This document shows positions 1-12,798 of a stretch of DNA of 64,000 nucleotides, piece by piece. The position numbers and the translations under genes were made by a program. The notes under the pieces are model-generated. The model did not search any database. It was not told the origin of the DNA and saw nothing but the letters and a program-made list of their open reading frames with translations. Each line of letters starts with the position of its first letter. Within the stretch, counting starts at the first letter, position 1. This DNA is from Octopus bimaculoides (lineage: Eukaryota), in contig NC_068985.1 in assembly GCF_001194135.2 (NCBI RefSeq), positions 64,012,165 to 64,076,164 on the forward strand, in the 5' to 3' direction.

Positions 1-1300
1 TATTAAGATTAGATTATTTGGGTGCTAGTTGAGTGTATGTCTATTCAACATATTTTGCATCTTAAAACTTATCATCCTTTATGTATATTGATTAAATATC
101 CATTATTGGTCTCTTCATGATTATAGTGAATTTTTTTTTAAAAATAATCTTAGTGCTTACAATATTGTCATAGGTTTATTAGCATAGACTAAGTAGTTTA
201 GATTCCTCTATAAACAATCCCATATACTATTTTGCTATGTTATAATGTGTAATTTAGTTTGAATTCATATGATTACATATTGAGGATATCTTAAATTCAT
301 GTATTTGGTATAATTATATTTTTAAAAGTATCCTTTGTTATCAAGATTACATATCATTTATGTTGCTCTTGAAATTGGTTTTTTTATATATAAAAATGTT
401 TTTTGATAAGTCATAATCAATTTAATATTTTGCTCTGGTTTTTTTTAAATCTCTATATATACTCACATTTATGAAAGAGCTAGATTTACCTCCCCTTGAC
501 CATCAATATGAAAATAGTATTTATCGCCAGTTTGTCAAGGCATAATATCTTTCTCTTATAATATAACTAGCTTTATATGTATTGTCTGTTTTTTTTTTTA
601 ATATATATTGTGATATTATTTAGTGTTCTTACTTACTACTTTATTTAATAGTAATCACTAAATTTGTAAATCATAATTTTATTTGGGGATTTTTTGAGAT
701 GTGACCGGTTTTTTTGTTTACGGTCTCTGCGCTAACGTAGTAATCAATAAATCTGTCTAATTTTCTTCGGTATATTTAACTTTATCACTTAGCTAATTAA
801 CTTTATTCTTTTGTAACTTGTTAACTATAATTTGAATGTATTCTAATGTAGATATTTTATTCTCTATAACCTAGCAGGCTTGAATAACCATATATGGCTT
901 TTTACTTATAAATACTAAATTAATATAAGGCTTTTTTAGATTATGTATACTTAAGTTGTTTATTGAGTATATTATATATAAGCATTACTTATTAGATATA
1001 CTTCTATTTGACCAGGTACTTGTATTTAAAATGTATTTTTTAAATATCTAACTGTTTTTTTCTTTGGTCTGTATTTTGTATTTATAACTCCAACGGTCCT
1101 TTTCAAAATGTACAGCGTTCCATATTGGTTCATTACCGAACTTCATAGTTTAACATCATAAATTTGAATCATTTGCTTGATATGTTTCATGGTTTCAACA
1201 CTGTTATCATGTACGGTTGTATTACATCTCATGTCTTTTCAACTTGTTTTTTTGCATGTTTTTATAGGTCAAATAAAAATGTTGTATATGAATGTTATCT
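1..1300 (-). mobile_element. Highly decayed L1/Tx1-like LINE relic
   Basis: Frameshifted IKL.YK...LTNWR near 520-580 resembles the L1/Tx1 RT N-terminal motif; many stops. Confidence 0.3.
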
Positions 1301-1419
1301 ATTTTTATTGTCTGCCTGCTACTAATAAGGCACTGAGGAGATGCAGTATCCCATATTTTATAATATGCATGAATCAATCTGGATATTGCATCGAAATGTT
1401 CTGCACCGTGAGGACCAAA

Positions 1420-3052
1420 GACTTGAGGTATTATTATGGGGTGTGTTCCTAAAGTCAACCAGAAATGTTGAACTGTTGAGAAATTTTTTTAACTTGTGTC
1501 TTATATCTATTGTTCAAATTTCTTTGAAATCGCAAATATATGAATGTTCACTGGGTTTGTAAAAGAAAGCAAAGTTAGAGGAAACCAAAAGATGAATGAT
1601 CACAACAAGCAGTCAGCTACCCTACCCTGGTCGTTACCACTCCTCAATGTAGGATTCTTCACCATACAGGTGACCAGCACAGCCGTAAGATGCATTACAG
1701 ATCTATAGCAATTGGAAGGGTATGACACAACTCAAATAAACATTAACAATTCTGTGACATGAGAGCTAAGGGGATATGAAATTGTCACCTCTGGAGTTTG
1801 CCAATGATCACTATGCTGATAGGTAATTGAAAAAACAAATTTGCAACCTATAAATCTCTTTGAATGACTAATCACTTATCTGGAAAGGCCTTGATATCAA
1901 TGTTACCATCTGGGGACTATCTCTGACCTAGTGATAATAAAAAAGACTCAAAGGAGGTCTGCAACCAAATAACTTTATTCAAAATAATACTTTGCAACTG
2001 AATCAGTGGAGGCAAAGATGCCTCTCCTTTACTTGACAATTTATGCACCACATTGCAGAAATCACAATCTAAGTATATCTGAAAGCAAACTCTTACACTG
2101 TTGTACCATTGAATTACAAATAACACTCATCTTGTATCCTTGGGTGACTCTACAAATTCCAAGACTACAATTGTATATGTCTTGGCTTAGGAAAAATGAC
2201 TAAATTGTGGTTGTTAAGCCCCCATTAAAGGGTCTTACTAACCTCCTAAGAAGTTGAAATTTTAGGAATATTACTTCATTCGTGTCTAATCTCTATGGTT
2301 AAAATTTCATCAACAGCAAAACTATATGAATTTTCATGGGGGTTATGGCCTCATTTATGCCCCCTCACTTTCAAACATATACTGCATTACATCCACCCTT
2401 ATGCATAGAATATAATTTCCAAATTTCCTAAAGATCCATTCAGTACTTTTGAGCTAGTTTTGGATCATTAAAAATTACTAAAATTTGAGAGTTAAGGCCC
2501 CCATTAGGAGGTCTTAGAATCTTCATGAGAAGTGGAAACTTTGGGAATACTTCTTGATTTGTGTCAATTACTTATGGTTAAAATTTCATCAACATTGGAA
2601 ATTTATAAATTTTCATGGCGGGGTTTAAGCACCCTCAAATTCAAACCAAACATACTGCATTATACCCACCCTTATCCATTGAACCTAAGTTCCAAATATC
2701 ATAAGGATCCGTTCAGTAATTTTGGTCCATGAAAAATAACTAAAATTTGGGGGTTAAACCTTAATTTGGTGGGGGTCTTAGAATCATCCAAAGAAACGGA
2801 AATTTTGGGTGTATTTTTAAATTTATTTCTAATACATATAGTTCAAATTTCATCAAAATCCGAAGCATATGAATTTTCACTGGGAGTTCTACCCACCTTT
2901 ACGCCCCCTCAAAATTTGCATGAAACATGTGGCATTACCTTTCTCCTTAAGCTTGGATTTTGTGTTCCAAATTTCATTAGGATTGGTCCAGTATTTTTTG
3001 AGTCTATAAGTAACACGCGAACACACAGACATTGACTTTTATATAATAGACG
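1420..3052 (+). mobile_element. Non-autonomous Helentron/HINE-like element with about 290-bp internal tandem units
   Basis: Related units occur at about 1430-1560, 2200-2480, 2480-2760 and 2760-2900. The 3' end reads attggtccagtattttttgagtcta...acacacagacattgacttttatataatagac, typical of DINE/HINE-like ends. Confidence 0.45.
1590..2190 (+). mobile_element. Decayed LINE APE-endonuclease fragment nested in the above
   Basis: LNVGFFTIQ, ...TIYAP and a frameshifted LGD motif; multiple stops. Confidence 0.4.
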
Positions 3053-3371
3053 TATGTATATTTTATATATATATATTTTCTTATACTTGTTTTATTCACT
3101 CCAATCATTGTATTTCACTATGGAAGTATTTGATCAAAAAGAACATGGTAAGATGGGCAAATTGATTGGCCTCGTGAATATGTGTGTGATTCCTTTCTAT
3201 TGGATTTTCCTGTTTCTGAAGAAGAGCATTGCTCGAAATGTTAAATCATCTTTCTTTCCTTCCCTGAGCATCTGCTAATACTTTCCATGTACCACGTCCT
3301 TACATTGTTGGTTTTTTTTTTTGTGTTTGTTCTTTCTTTTTTTTATTTACTATATTCATACTAATTATAGT

Positions 3372-3433
3372 AAATCTCACTGATGAGGGCTAAGTATTAA
3401 TTACAGAGCCTGAAATTGATCGATATGGGATTT
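3372..3433 (+). ncRNA. Minimal type-I hammerhead ribozyme (PLE-type)
   Basis: aaatctca-CTGATGA-gggct...agcct-GAAA-ttgatcga-TA-tgggattt. Stem I is 8 bp, stem II 5 bp, and stem III is near-palindromic. Predicted cleavage is after A3425. Confidence 0.6.
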
Positions 3434-3434
3434 G

Positions 3435-3620
3435 GGGGAAAGGTGCAAGTTGATTATATCAATCCCAGTGTCCAACTGGTACTTTTTTTATTGACCCTGA
3501 AAGGATGAAATGTAAAGTCGACCCCAGTAACATTTGAACTCGGAACATAAAGTCGGAACAAATGCCACAAAATATTTTTTCCAGTGTAGTGATGGCTCTG
3601 CCAGTTCACTACCTTAGTTT
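3435..3620 (-). mobile_element. tRNA-derived SINE (family A) fragment
   Basis: attgaccctgaaaggatgaaatgtaaagtcgacc...tttgaactc is shared with copies at 23.9k, 27.4k and 60.2k. Confidence 0.8.
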
Positions 3621-3854
3621 AATAACTACTAACAAGTTCTTTTGTTTTGTTTTCCTTTTCTAGTTACATTTCCAATAATGTTCAAGTTAATTTTCCAATG
3701 AAATTTCCTCTAAATATTGTAGCAAGAATAATTTCAAGGAAGTATGAAAAATAGACAGGCTGATAAACTTTAATAATATCATTGTAGCTAACTTTCAACC
3801 ATTTGGATAAAAACAATCATCATTTTACACTTATTTTACCTTGTGGTATGGGTG

Positions 3855-4850
3855 GGAAGAGGGCCTAGCTTTGGGTTCACCATTATCACAAGCAATGGCA
3901 AACATATACATAGAATACTTTGAGAACATGGCTCTAGAATCAACACCACAAAACCAAACCTATGGCTATGATACATTGATGACACCTTCACACTCTGGCC
4001 CCATCAGGAAGATGTCCAAGTACAGCTGGATTATGTGAATTCAATAAGACCATCCATACAGTTCGCAATGGAAAGAGAAAAGGACAATCAGCTGGCATTC
4101 CTGGATGTACTATTAACTTGCACAGAGCATAGGTTCAAGACATCTGTATACGATAAGCCAACCATCACAGGATAGTACCTCAACTTCAATTTCCACCACC
4201 CACATAGTATAAAGAGAAGGATTGCTCATTGCCTACAACATCAAGCAAAGACTATAAGAAGCAATCCTGACATGTACCACCAAGAAATGATCTGGTGTAA
4301 CTATTCACCCCAGCTATGTAACTATCCCTAGGTAACTATCCACCCCAGCTAGGAGGAGAGAAACAGATGAAACCCAAGAAAAAATCTGCCACAGTATGTC
4401 TACCCTATGTCAGAGGACTCTCAGAAAAGATACAAAAGACATGTGGTCCATAGGATATCGGGATTCAGAAGTAATTTGACACTTTGTTGACATCTCTTCC
4501 AAGTGAAGTTCTCCATAGAAAAGAATATGACCAAAGACTGTGTGCATTTCATCCAATGCAGCTGTGGTAAGGTATACAGAGGAGAAACATGCCACCCCTT
4601 AAAATAAGTATAGATGCACATAGGAAAGTCATGACATAAGAGGGTATTAAAAAGTCAGGTATAGCTAATCACATATGGAAAAATAGAGACCACCAACCAC
4701 TGTGGGACGAGGTCAAAATAGTAGAGAGTACCACTGGAAAATTAGAAAACTGAAGGAAGCAATACATGTGCTAGGACATAACAACCTCCTGAGCAGGCCA
4801 AGTGTAGAGATGAATACAATATGGGAAGCAATAATTAAGAAAGGACAGAC
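3855..4850 (+). mobile_element. Penelope-like element relic (RT C-half plus GIY-YIG)
   Basis: EGLALGSPLS..MANIY, WLRYIDDTF, QLAFLDV, YLNFNFHHP, then C.CGKVY.GET...H..W..KEAIH; frameshifts and stops present. Confidence 0.88.
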
Positions 4851-5372
4851 TTCCACAATAGACATCAGGTTTATGCCTTAAGAATTCACTCTGTAACTGC
4901 CTACAGGCATAGTGTAGTTGATAAAGACATTGGTTATTGCAGTGCAATCACCTAGAGGTTTTGAGTTCAATCCCTGGCAATGTACTAAGGCAATTCACAT
5001 AATTCAACTGAAGCAAAAAATATCATGAAACAGAGAGAGCAGAATGAGAACAATGTACCCTAGTAGATCAAATAATGGGTTAGGTTTGAACAAACTGAGT
5101 TCAGCACAAGACAACTGAAGAAGGTTGGAGTATACAACAACCAAAACATAGTGAAAGTAACAACCAAGATGACACCAGTCAAAAACTATATACATAATAT
5201 AAATTCCAAAACTATATACATAATATAAATTCCACATCTCAGTAACACAGCTATTATCTGTCAGTACTTAGAATCCTCATTATAAGCTAACAGATTACTT
5301 CTGTCACAAATATAAACCCACTACAAAACCATTCATGTGAACACAGTTGAAAATTCTCTCCACTATATTTTG

Positions 5373-5405
5373 ACTTACCTGAAATTAAAGAACACTGTAT
5401 TTACA
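5373..5405 (-). promoter_or_regulatory. Candidate recursive splice site 2 (junction between 5379 and 5378)
   Basis: Minus strand reads gtaaatacagtgttctttaatttCAG|GTAAGTca, in apparently non-repetitive sequence. Confidence 0.55.
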
Positions 5406-6260
5406 CAAGTACAACATGAGTCATATACAGACATTTTGTATTTAAAAATTAGTAACACTTTTAACATGTTACCTATATCTTTATACCCAAGATTTCTTGC
5501 CATATACACAAGTATATACAGTAAACAGTACATAAGAATGCTTTTTGCTGAACTGTACCTACTAAACATCTTTACATCTTAAACTGAAGCATTCTCCTGG
5601 ATAACTGAATCTTCAACATTCTCACCAATGCACATTCCTCTGTTAAACCAGGTAAACATAGCTCTGAGCTAAAACCTCAAAATACCATAAAAATATGTAC
5701 TGAACCCACATTGTATAATCTCTTTGCCCATCAGATGTTCTCAAACATCAACTAATGAGCAACTGGAATCATCTAATGATGGTGATGATACTAACAGACA
5801 AAAACCATCAAAAACACAAATATTCAAAGAAAGTAAGTAAATGGAATTTTAAAAGATCTAACCTAATTTATGAAGAGTTGATTTCAACAAATTCTTGCTA
5901 AACCATCCCACCCACCAAACATGCACACTTTTGCCTTTAAAATTTTATAGTAATCAATGGTGACTCATCCTCCTATCAAATGTTACAGATTTAACACTTA
6001 GTGGTGTTCAGCTGTTTAAAAGGAGTTTTACTATTTATAAAGGAAAGGCAGCAGGAAATGGTATGTATACTTTTTAATACTAAGATTACATATCCCAAAT
6101 CCTCACAGGAGTTTGGTGAACATAAAAATGTTAGTCACTATAGCACTGGCATTTAAAATTTTAAATAGATTACTAAGTTTTCTGAGAATATATATATACA
6201 CATATATATGATACAAGAGAGAATCACTGAAAGTGTAACTAAACATACATAATAATAGTA

Positions 6261-7486
6261 TTGGGTTGGCAACCAAGTTCCCGCGGTCTTTTTTAAATTT
6301 AAATTTTAAAAAAAGTTTAATAAAAATAACAACTAATTAATCAATAATGTATTCACCCTTGTTGTTTACAACTTCTTCCCAACGTTCAACAAGATCTTTA
6401 ATACTCGTTGGTAGAAATCACCCGATTTCGTCTCGAAAAATTGATCCAAACAAGCTCTCAATTCTGCATCAGTATTGAACAAAACTCTGCGCATAGCATT
6501 TGAAAGAGATCGAAAGAGGTGGAAATCCGTTGGTGCCAAATCAGGAGAGTACGGCGGGTGTGGCAGCACTTGCCAGCTATGTGTTTGGATGGCTTCCTTG
6601 GTTATATTGGCAATATGAAGGTGGGCGTTGTCGTGTAGCAGAACTCCATGCTGCCGATTAGGTCTTTTCTCTTGAATAGCCATGTTGAGATGTTCCATCT
6701 GTTGAACATAGAGTTCCGCATTGACCGGTTGGTTCCATTCAAGCAATTCATAATGGATAATCCCTTCCCAGTCCCACCATACGCACAAAGATCTTGTTTC
6801 ATGTGCGGTGTTGCCTGTTTACTGGGGGCTAAGCCATTCCTTACGCTGCTTCATATTGATGTACAAGCACCATTTTTCATCACCAGTAATGATTCAGTAA
6901 AGAAATCGTTGCTTGTGTCCATGAGTTGAGCAGTGACAAGCAAGCAAACTAGTGGAGTTTGTGGCTCGTTGATTTTTGTTGTTGTCACTTAAAGCATGCA
7001 GAACCCATGCTCCACGCTTCTGAACCTTTCCCATCTATTGAAGATGCTTCTCTATAGCAGCATGGGAGCATTCCATTTTCTCTGCCAGTTCCCTTGTCGT
7101 TTGACGAGAATTTTCATACAAAAGTTGGTTTAATTGCTCTTCATTGAACTCAACTGGACAGCCAAAACGAGGTGTGTCTTTGAGGTCAAAATTTCCATTT
7201 TTGAACTCGGCATACCAATCACAAGTAGCTCTTTCAGCTATGGCACCCTCTCCATACACAGCACAAATGTCGTGAGCAGCTTTTGCGGCCTTAGAACCTT
7301 GATTAAAAACAAAACGAAAAAGGTGTCAAAAATGCCCGTTTTTCTTAACTTGGCATTCCATTTTAATGATCTGAAAATAAACAAAAATTAACTAAAATTA
7401 ACTAGAAAAAAAAATAGATTCCAAAATTTAAAAACGCAATAAATTCCAAATTTTAAAAAATGGCGGGAACTTAGTTGCCAACCCAA
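6261..7486 (-). mobile_element. Mariner (DD34D) element, full-length but pseudogenised
   Basis: TIRs ttgggttggcaaccaagttcccgc / gcgggaacttagttgccaacccaa with TA on both sides. Transposase motifs VTGDEK, HDNA, PHPPYSPDLAPTD give 34 residues between D2 and D3. Confidence 0.95.
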
Positions 7487-7769
7487 TATAATGTCACTGA
7501 AAACTAGTAGTAACAGAAAAGATATAAAACTGGTTTAGTGAATCAGGTATAAACTTAGGGCTTTGAATTTATACATTAATGGAAACATTTTATTGCATTT
7601 TGGAACAAAATAATAAAACTATTTTAGTTTACATCAACAGAGAATAGGTAGTATCTATATCAGTTGTGAAAAGAATTTATTTATAAAAGACCAGCAGATT
7701 ATCCAGGACATAAGTTGTCTTCATTTGCTTAACACTACATGAGTTAAACAAAATACACACACACAAATG

Positions 7770-7868
7770 CATATATATTTGTGTGTGTGTGTGTGTGTAT
7801 TTATATACACACATGCATACAAATACATATACACACACACACATATGTATGCATTCATGTACATTTAT

Positions 7869-7903
<35 letters not shown>

Positions 7904-7960
7904 TTCATGGACATTTATATACACACAGGCATGTGTGTATGTATGAATGTATGTACGTAT
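7770..7960. repeat. (TG)n/(CA)n compound microsatellite
   Basis: Direct observation. Confidence 0.95.
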
Positions 7961-7980
7961 GTCTTTCACCCTTTGATTGC

Positions 7981-8258
7981 TCTTATTTTGTCCTGCAGGG
8001 TGTCCAACAATCACCCTCTTCACGAAGCAAGCTTGATGGAGTTGCCAGTTTAGTCGCCAACAGCCTGACCATGCAACAGGTTGTATTGAGTTACATGCTA
8101 CCAGTGGTATGACAGATCGCTCTTGGGTACTACAGGTAACATGTAACCCAGTACAACCTGTTGCATGGTCGGGATGTCAGCAACTAAACTGGCAACCCCA
8201 TCAAGCTTACCTGGTGAGGAGAGTGATTGTTGGACACCCTGCAGGACGAAAAATAAGA
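7981..8258. repeat. Foldback inverted repeat, about 117-bp arms and about 42-bp loop (MITE-like)
   Basis: 7981-8097 (tcttattttgtcctgcagggtgtccaacaatc...gttgtattgagttacatg) is the imperfect reverse complement of 8140-8258. Confidence 0.9.
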
Positions 8259-8562
8259 CCTATCAAAGGGTAGAAGAGATCATGAGTAGTCAATGGCCAT
8301 CCAACAATATGTATATACATGCATGGGGACGTGGAAAAACCTGGGTTCGTGTCCAGATGTACAGTTGATCTACTGGGTGTTGGAGGCCCCTCTGTTGTCA
8401 CATCTCTCTAGGAGAGGGAAACACTGAGAGAAAACCTGCGGCACTGACAATATTTGATAATGTAGACTAGTTCTTTTTGAATTTATGTTGTCCAGGTTCA
8501 CAGAGTGGGGCTGGATTTGTGCAAATCCTTTCCCCACTATAAAAAAAAAATCATCATGCACA

Positions 8563-10886
8563 GGTGCTATGTCTGTCCGACGTCACTTTGTCAAACATCT
8601 TTTTGTCCACGTCTTTTTGTCCGATGATTTTTTTGTCCAATGACTTTTTGTCCAATGACTTTTTGTCCAATTTTAAATAAACTCTTTAGAAAACATGGTG
8701 AAATATCTCTAATGATATATTCACAGAACTAGAACAAGCCTCATTATAGGATTGTTATTATCGTTTTTTTGCCTTTTCCGTTAACAGTTTTACTTTCTCT
8801 TTTCCCTTCTCTCTTTTAAATATGGTGTTGTGTATAGAGAGTGCTGAAAATTTAGTGTACACACTTTTAATTTACCCATCTCGAAATGACAAAATTCATA
8901 GTATTGATCAAAAACAAAAGTAAAGCAGTTGATGAAAGTAATTACATCAACGGCTTTCATTCAAGCAATACAAAACTAGGAAAAGAATACTAGAGATGTG
9001 AGAAAAGAAGGCTGTGTTCAGTGTGAATTCACATGCTAACAGAAAACAATGAGCCAAAAATTATTTATTTTTCTAGTGAGCACCTTCATCCAGCTGGTGT
9101 AGATTTCTTAAATGCTAGAAAAGCAGTTGCAGAAATAAAGCATGAAGTGGTGGAAAACATAGCAGCAAGTTTATGCAGCTAACAGAAAATACTTACTCCC
9201 AACTTCTTCATTTGTCTGTACTTTGCAGACAAAAATATTCTGGATTTCATGCTAATCCAGGGGCTAGATCTGGTTATGAAATACCTGAAGACTATTATAA
9301 ACTTGATAATAGCGAACAGTTTCTGAGATATGACTTGGGTATCAAGGATCAACAGTACATACTAGTATTTGCATCAGAAAGTACTCTTCAGGATATAGCA
9401 TTATATCATCATTGGGCATGTGATGGAATGTTCAAAATTGTGCCACAACAGTGGTTTCAACTGTTTGGCATCCATGTACAAGTTAAAGGTAGCAGTTTTC
9501 CACATTACTTGCATTACTGCTGAATAAAATAAAGTAGACATGAATTATTTTTTGAGCAACTGAAAATTATGCAACCTAATGCATATCCACTTGATCTCAT
9601 GGCAGATTTCGAAGTTGCAGTTCAAAAGGCATTTAATTTATTCCCTAGTTCATCTATCATGGCATGTTTATTTCATTTGAGCCAATCAGTATTTTCAAAA
9701 ATTATATAGATTTAGGCCTCAAAGAAAAATACAACAAAAGCACTCAGCGCAAACCTCTGCCAAGGCAACACCAACGTCCTCTCAACAATTAGCCAGAGAT
9801 GATTTTAAAATGAGAATATCTGAAATAAACTTGACTGCTCTCACAAACAAGAATACTAGAAATGAAGCTGACCACTCTCAAAAGTTAAGTAAAAAAACAG
9901 GAAAAATAATCCAGAATCCTTGTCCAGTACCAGATCGATCCCAAAATCTAATCAGTTCAAGCCAGTCCCTGAAACATTCCTGAAAGTTTCATTCGAATCC
10001 ATCCAGTGGTTCTTGAGATATCTTGTCCACAGGTAAACAGACAAACACAACTGAAAACAATACCTCTACCTTCGCTAAGGCAGAGGTAATAAAGATTCTG
10101 AACTCTGTCTTAAAATTCGATGCTTTTAAGCATTAGCCTTCCAACCCATTAAAGATGTTGAAGAGGCCTATGAAGAATTAATAGACAATGAAAAAACACC
10201 TGCTGAATTCATTGCTTACTTCGACTTGACTTACATAGGCATTGTGAGAGGACATGATTCTAGATGAAGAGAACCACCTACATTCCCAATAACTGTATGG
10301 AATGTGAATCAGTGTATTCTTCAAGACCTTCTCAGAACAAATAATGCTGCAGAGAGGTTTCATTCTGTGATAAAGCATTCGGCGGGTGGAGCATATTTGA
10401 ATATTTGGAAATTAATCTGAAGGAAGAGGAAAAACTCGTTCAAGGTAAAACAACTCAAATTCTTTGTGGAGATCCATCAAATTCATGCACACAGTATTGA
10501 AGAATAACTGAATGCCTCAAAAGATTGATCTCTGAATATGGGTCAACAAGAAAAACTGATTTTTTGAAGAGTGTGGCATATAATTTGCATCAATTTTAAG
10601 TGATCATAATAAATCATTAGTTATATCTTATTACTTTTTAAAATGACTTTTTTAAGATACATGTTTTCAGAATTTTACTTGAATCTTATCAATAAAATTG
10701 TCAACGGTTATTTGATTTTGATGTTCACCTTGTTTTCTAAAGAGTTTATTCAAAATTGGACAAAAAGTCATTGGACAAAAAAAATCATTGGACCAAAAGA
10801 CGTGAATGAAGTGACATTGGACAAAATGATATTGGACAAAATGATATTGGACAAAATGATATTGGACAAAAAAGTCGGGTCACACC
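8563..10886 (+). mobile_element. Mutator-like (FLYWCH-MULE) DNA transposon, pseudogenised
   Basis: Long TIRs with tandem ttggacaaaa subrepeats at 8563-8702 and about 10725-10886. Protein motifs WACDGMFK..PQQWFQLFGIH, ADFE.A, CLFHLSQS, RTNNAAERFH. No clean TSD seen. Confidence 0.9.
9737..10090 (+). mobile_element. Helentron-derived non-autonomous element (HINE-like) inserted in the MULE ORF
   Basis: 5' cactcagcgcaaacctctgccaaggc; 3' hairpin tacctctaccttcgctaaggcagaggta (10061-10088). Excision restores KYNKDSELCLKIRCF with no TSD. Confidence 0.75.
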
Positions 10887-11049
10887 TATCACAAAAATGG
10901 CCAGTCATAGCTTTTTCATATGTGAGACTTTTGATCAGGTAATGGCAATACTCAAACACAAGTTTGCAGCCATCATATGTATGTATAAATGTGTATGTAT
11001 GTGTGTGTGTACTGGTATATGAGAGTATGTTTATATATACGTATTCTTT

Positions 11050-11377
11050 TATTCTTTTGTTTCAGTCATATGACTGCAGCCAAGCTGGAGCACTACCTTT
11101 AGTCAAACAAATCAACCCCAGGACTTATTCTTCGTAAGCCTTTTACTTATTCTATCAGTCTCTTTTGCCAAACTGCTAAGTTACGGGAATGTAAACACAC
11201 CAACATCAGTTGTCAAGCGATAGTGGGAGGACAAACACAGACACACACATATATATGACGAATTTCTTTCAGTTTCCATCCACCAAATCCACTCACAAGG
11301 CTTTGTTCGGTCCGAGGCTATAGTAGAAGACACTTGCCTAAGGTGCCACACTGTGGAATTGAACCCGGAACCATGCT
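11050..11377 (-). mobile_element. tRNA-derived SINE (family B)
   Basis: gtttcagtca..gactgc.gcca.gctggagcact...gctatagtagaagacacttgcc.aaggtgcca is shared with copies at 32.5k, 57.3k and 61.6k. Confidence 0.88.
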
Positions 11378-12798
11378 TGTAAAAATATACAAGCTTAAAC
11401 TTTACATTAAATTGAAGGATTACTCAATGCACTTAGAAGAGTACATATTCATTATTCATTAACAAGAATAGTACTGACAGTGACCTCGAAGTTTCAGTCA
11501 GGTAAAACATCGTCAGACAGTTTGATGGTGGTTTAGCAGGCCAGAAAACTTCAATGTTGCTGTCAATACTGTTCTTGATAAAAGAATTTTATACATAAAA
11601 CCTGGATGTTCTTTAATATACATGCCACCAACATATGTTGGTTTATATTGGAATAGTTTGGCTAAGTCTACAGTATGGCATATTGACAAACCCTTCAATT
11701 CTGTGTGATCTCATCAGTAGGAACCTGATATTCTAAGTTCAAATCCCACACCTTCATAGAATATAATTTTAAAGTTTATATTACTACTAGCAGAGATATC
11801 AGGCATTGCTTGGGATTAAAATGACATAGTTTGTATATATAATACAGTTAAGCTGAAACGTGATACGGGAAAGTGCAGCATTGATGACAAAACATCTGAG
11901 TAAATGATGGGCAAATTCGACTAAGCGACATGTCATATGTCCATTTGGAGGATTCCAGTCCCTAACCAGTCATAGAAAAATGGTGTTGAGGAGGGGGAGA
12001 TGAATTTTGAACACACCAAAAAACTCTCAGTGGATATTCTCTCATTTGCGGCCGTCAGCGCTGTTGCTACCACACTGAACAATCAGCAGATATGGGACTT
12101 ACATCTATGTGATAAATTAAGCCCTTGGATGCACTCAACAACACCACGAGAGAAACCTACATGAAAGAAATGGCATGGTAAAGGGGTGGGATTTGCAAGG
12201 CAGCGCTTGAAATCAATGACACGGTCTCTAACAAATGTGGCGTTGGGCTGCTGACATGGTTGAGAATCAATAGTTGTGGCTCAACCATGCATTCCTTTGT
12301 GTAAACAGCATACAACCATTGGGAGGACAACTCTGCTCCCAAACAAAAACAATTCTGCATGCAAGGTCACATTAAGGACATGAGCTCTAACTAACATGCT
12401 TGGGTCTTTGACACCATAAATTAGTATGCTAATGTACATGCAATATTTTGGTTTGTAATCAATAGCTGAAGAATATTTGCATGGACTCAATCTATGCTTA
12501 GAAAGAAGCCTTGATACTGAAGTTAAAAGAAAATAGTTGAATAGCTGCTAAAGATTTAACATATTTTAGCATATTTTTCATAATAAACAATGCGTTCCAA
12601 ACAGTTTTTATTCCAACAAATTGCTTGTTATGGTACTATGGGAACAGGCTGTTATTGTTACTACTTAGACAATGCGGTTTGAAGTTTACATTGGTTCATC
12701 CATTTAATACATCCTACTTATATAATTTCAGTAGCTGTTTTTCGCAGTTTGAACAAGCAATATGTGGACCATGTGAGCAGTCATTCGTATCCCAAGGA

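Noticed and set aside
5286-5378. Read-through peptide containing EWFC, reminiscent of Sbf IEWFCQP
   Set aside because: It lacks GKIIQRFP/KDW and ends in a stop; judged coincidental.
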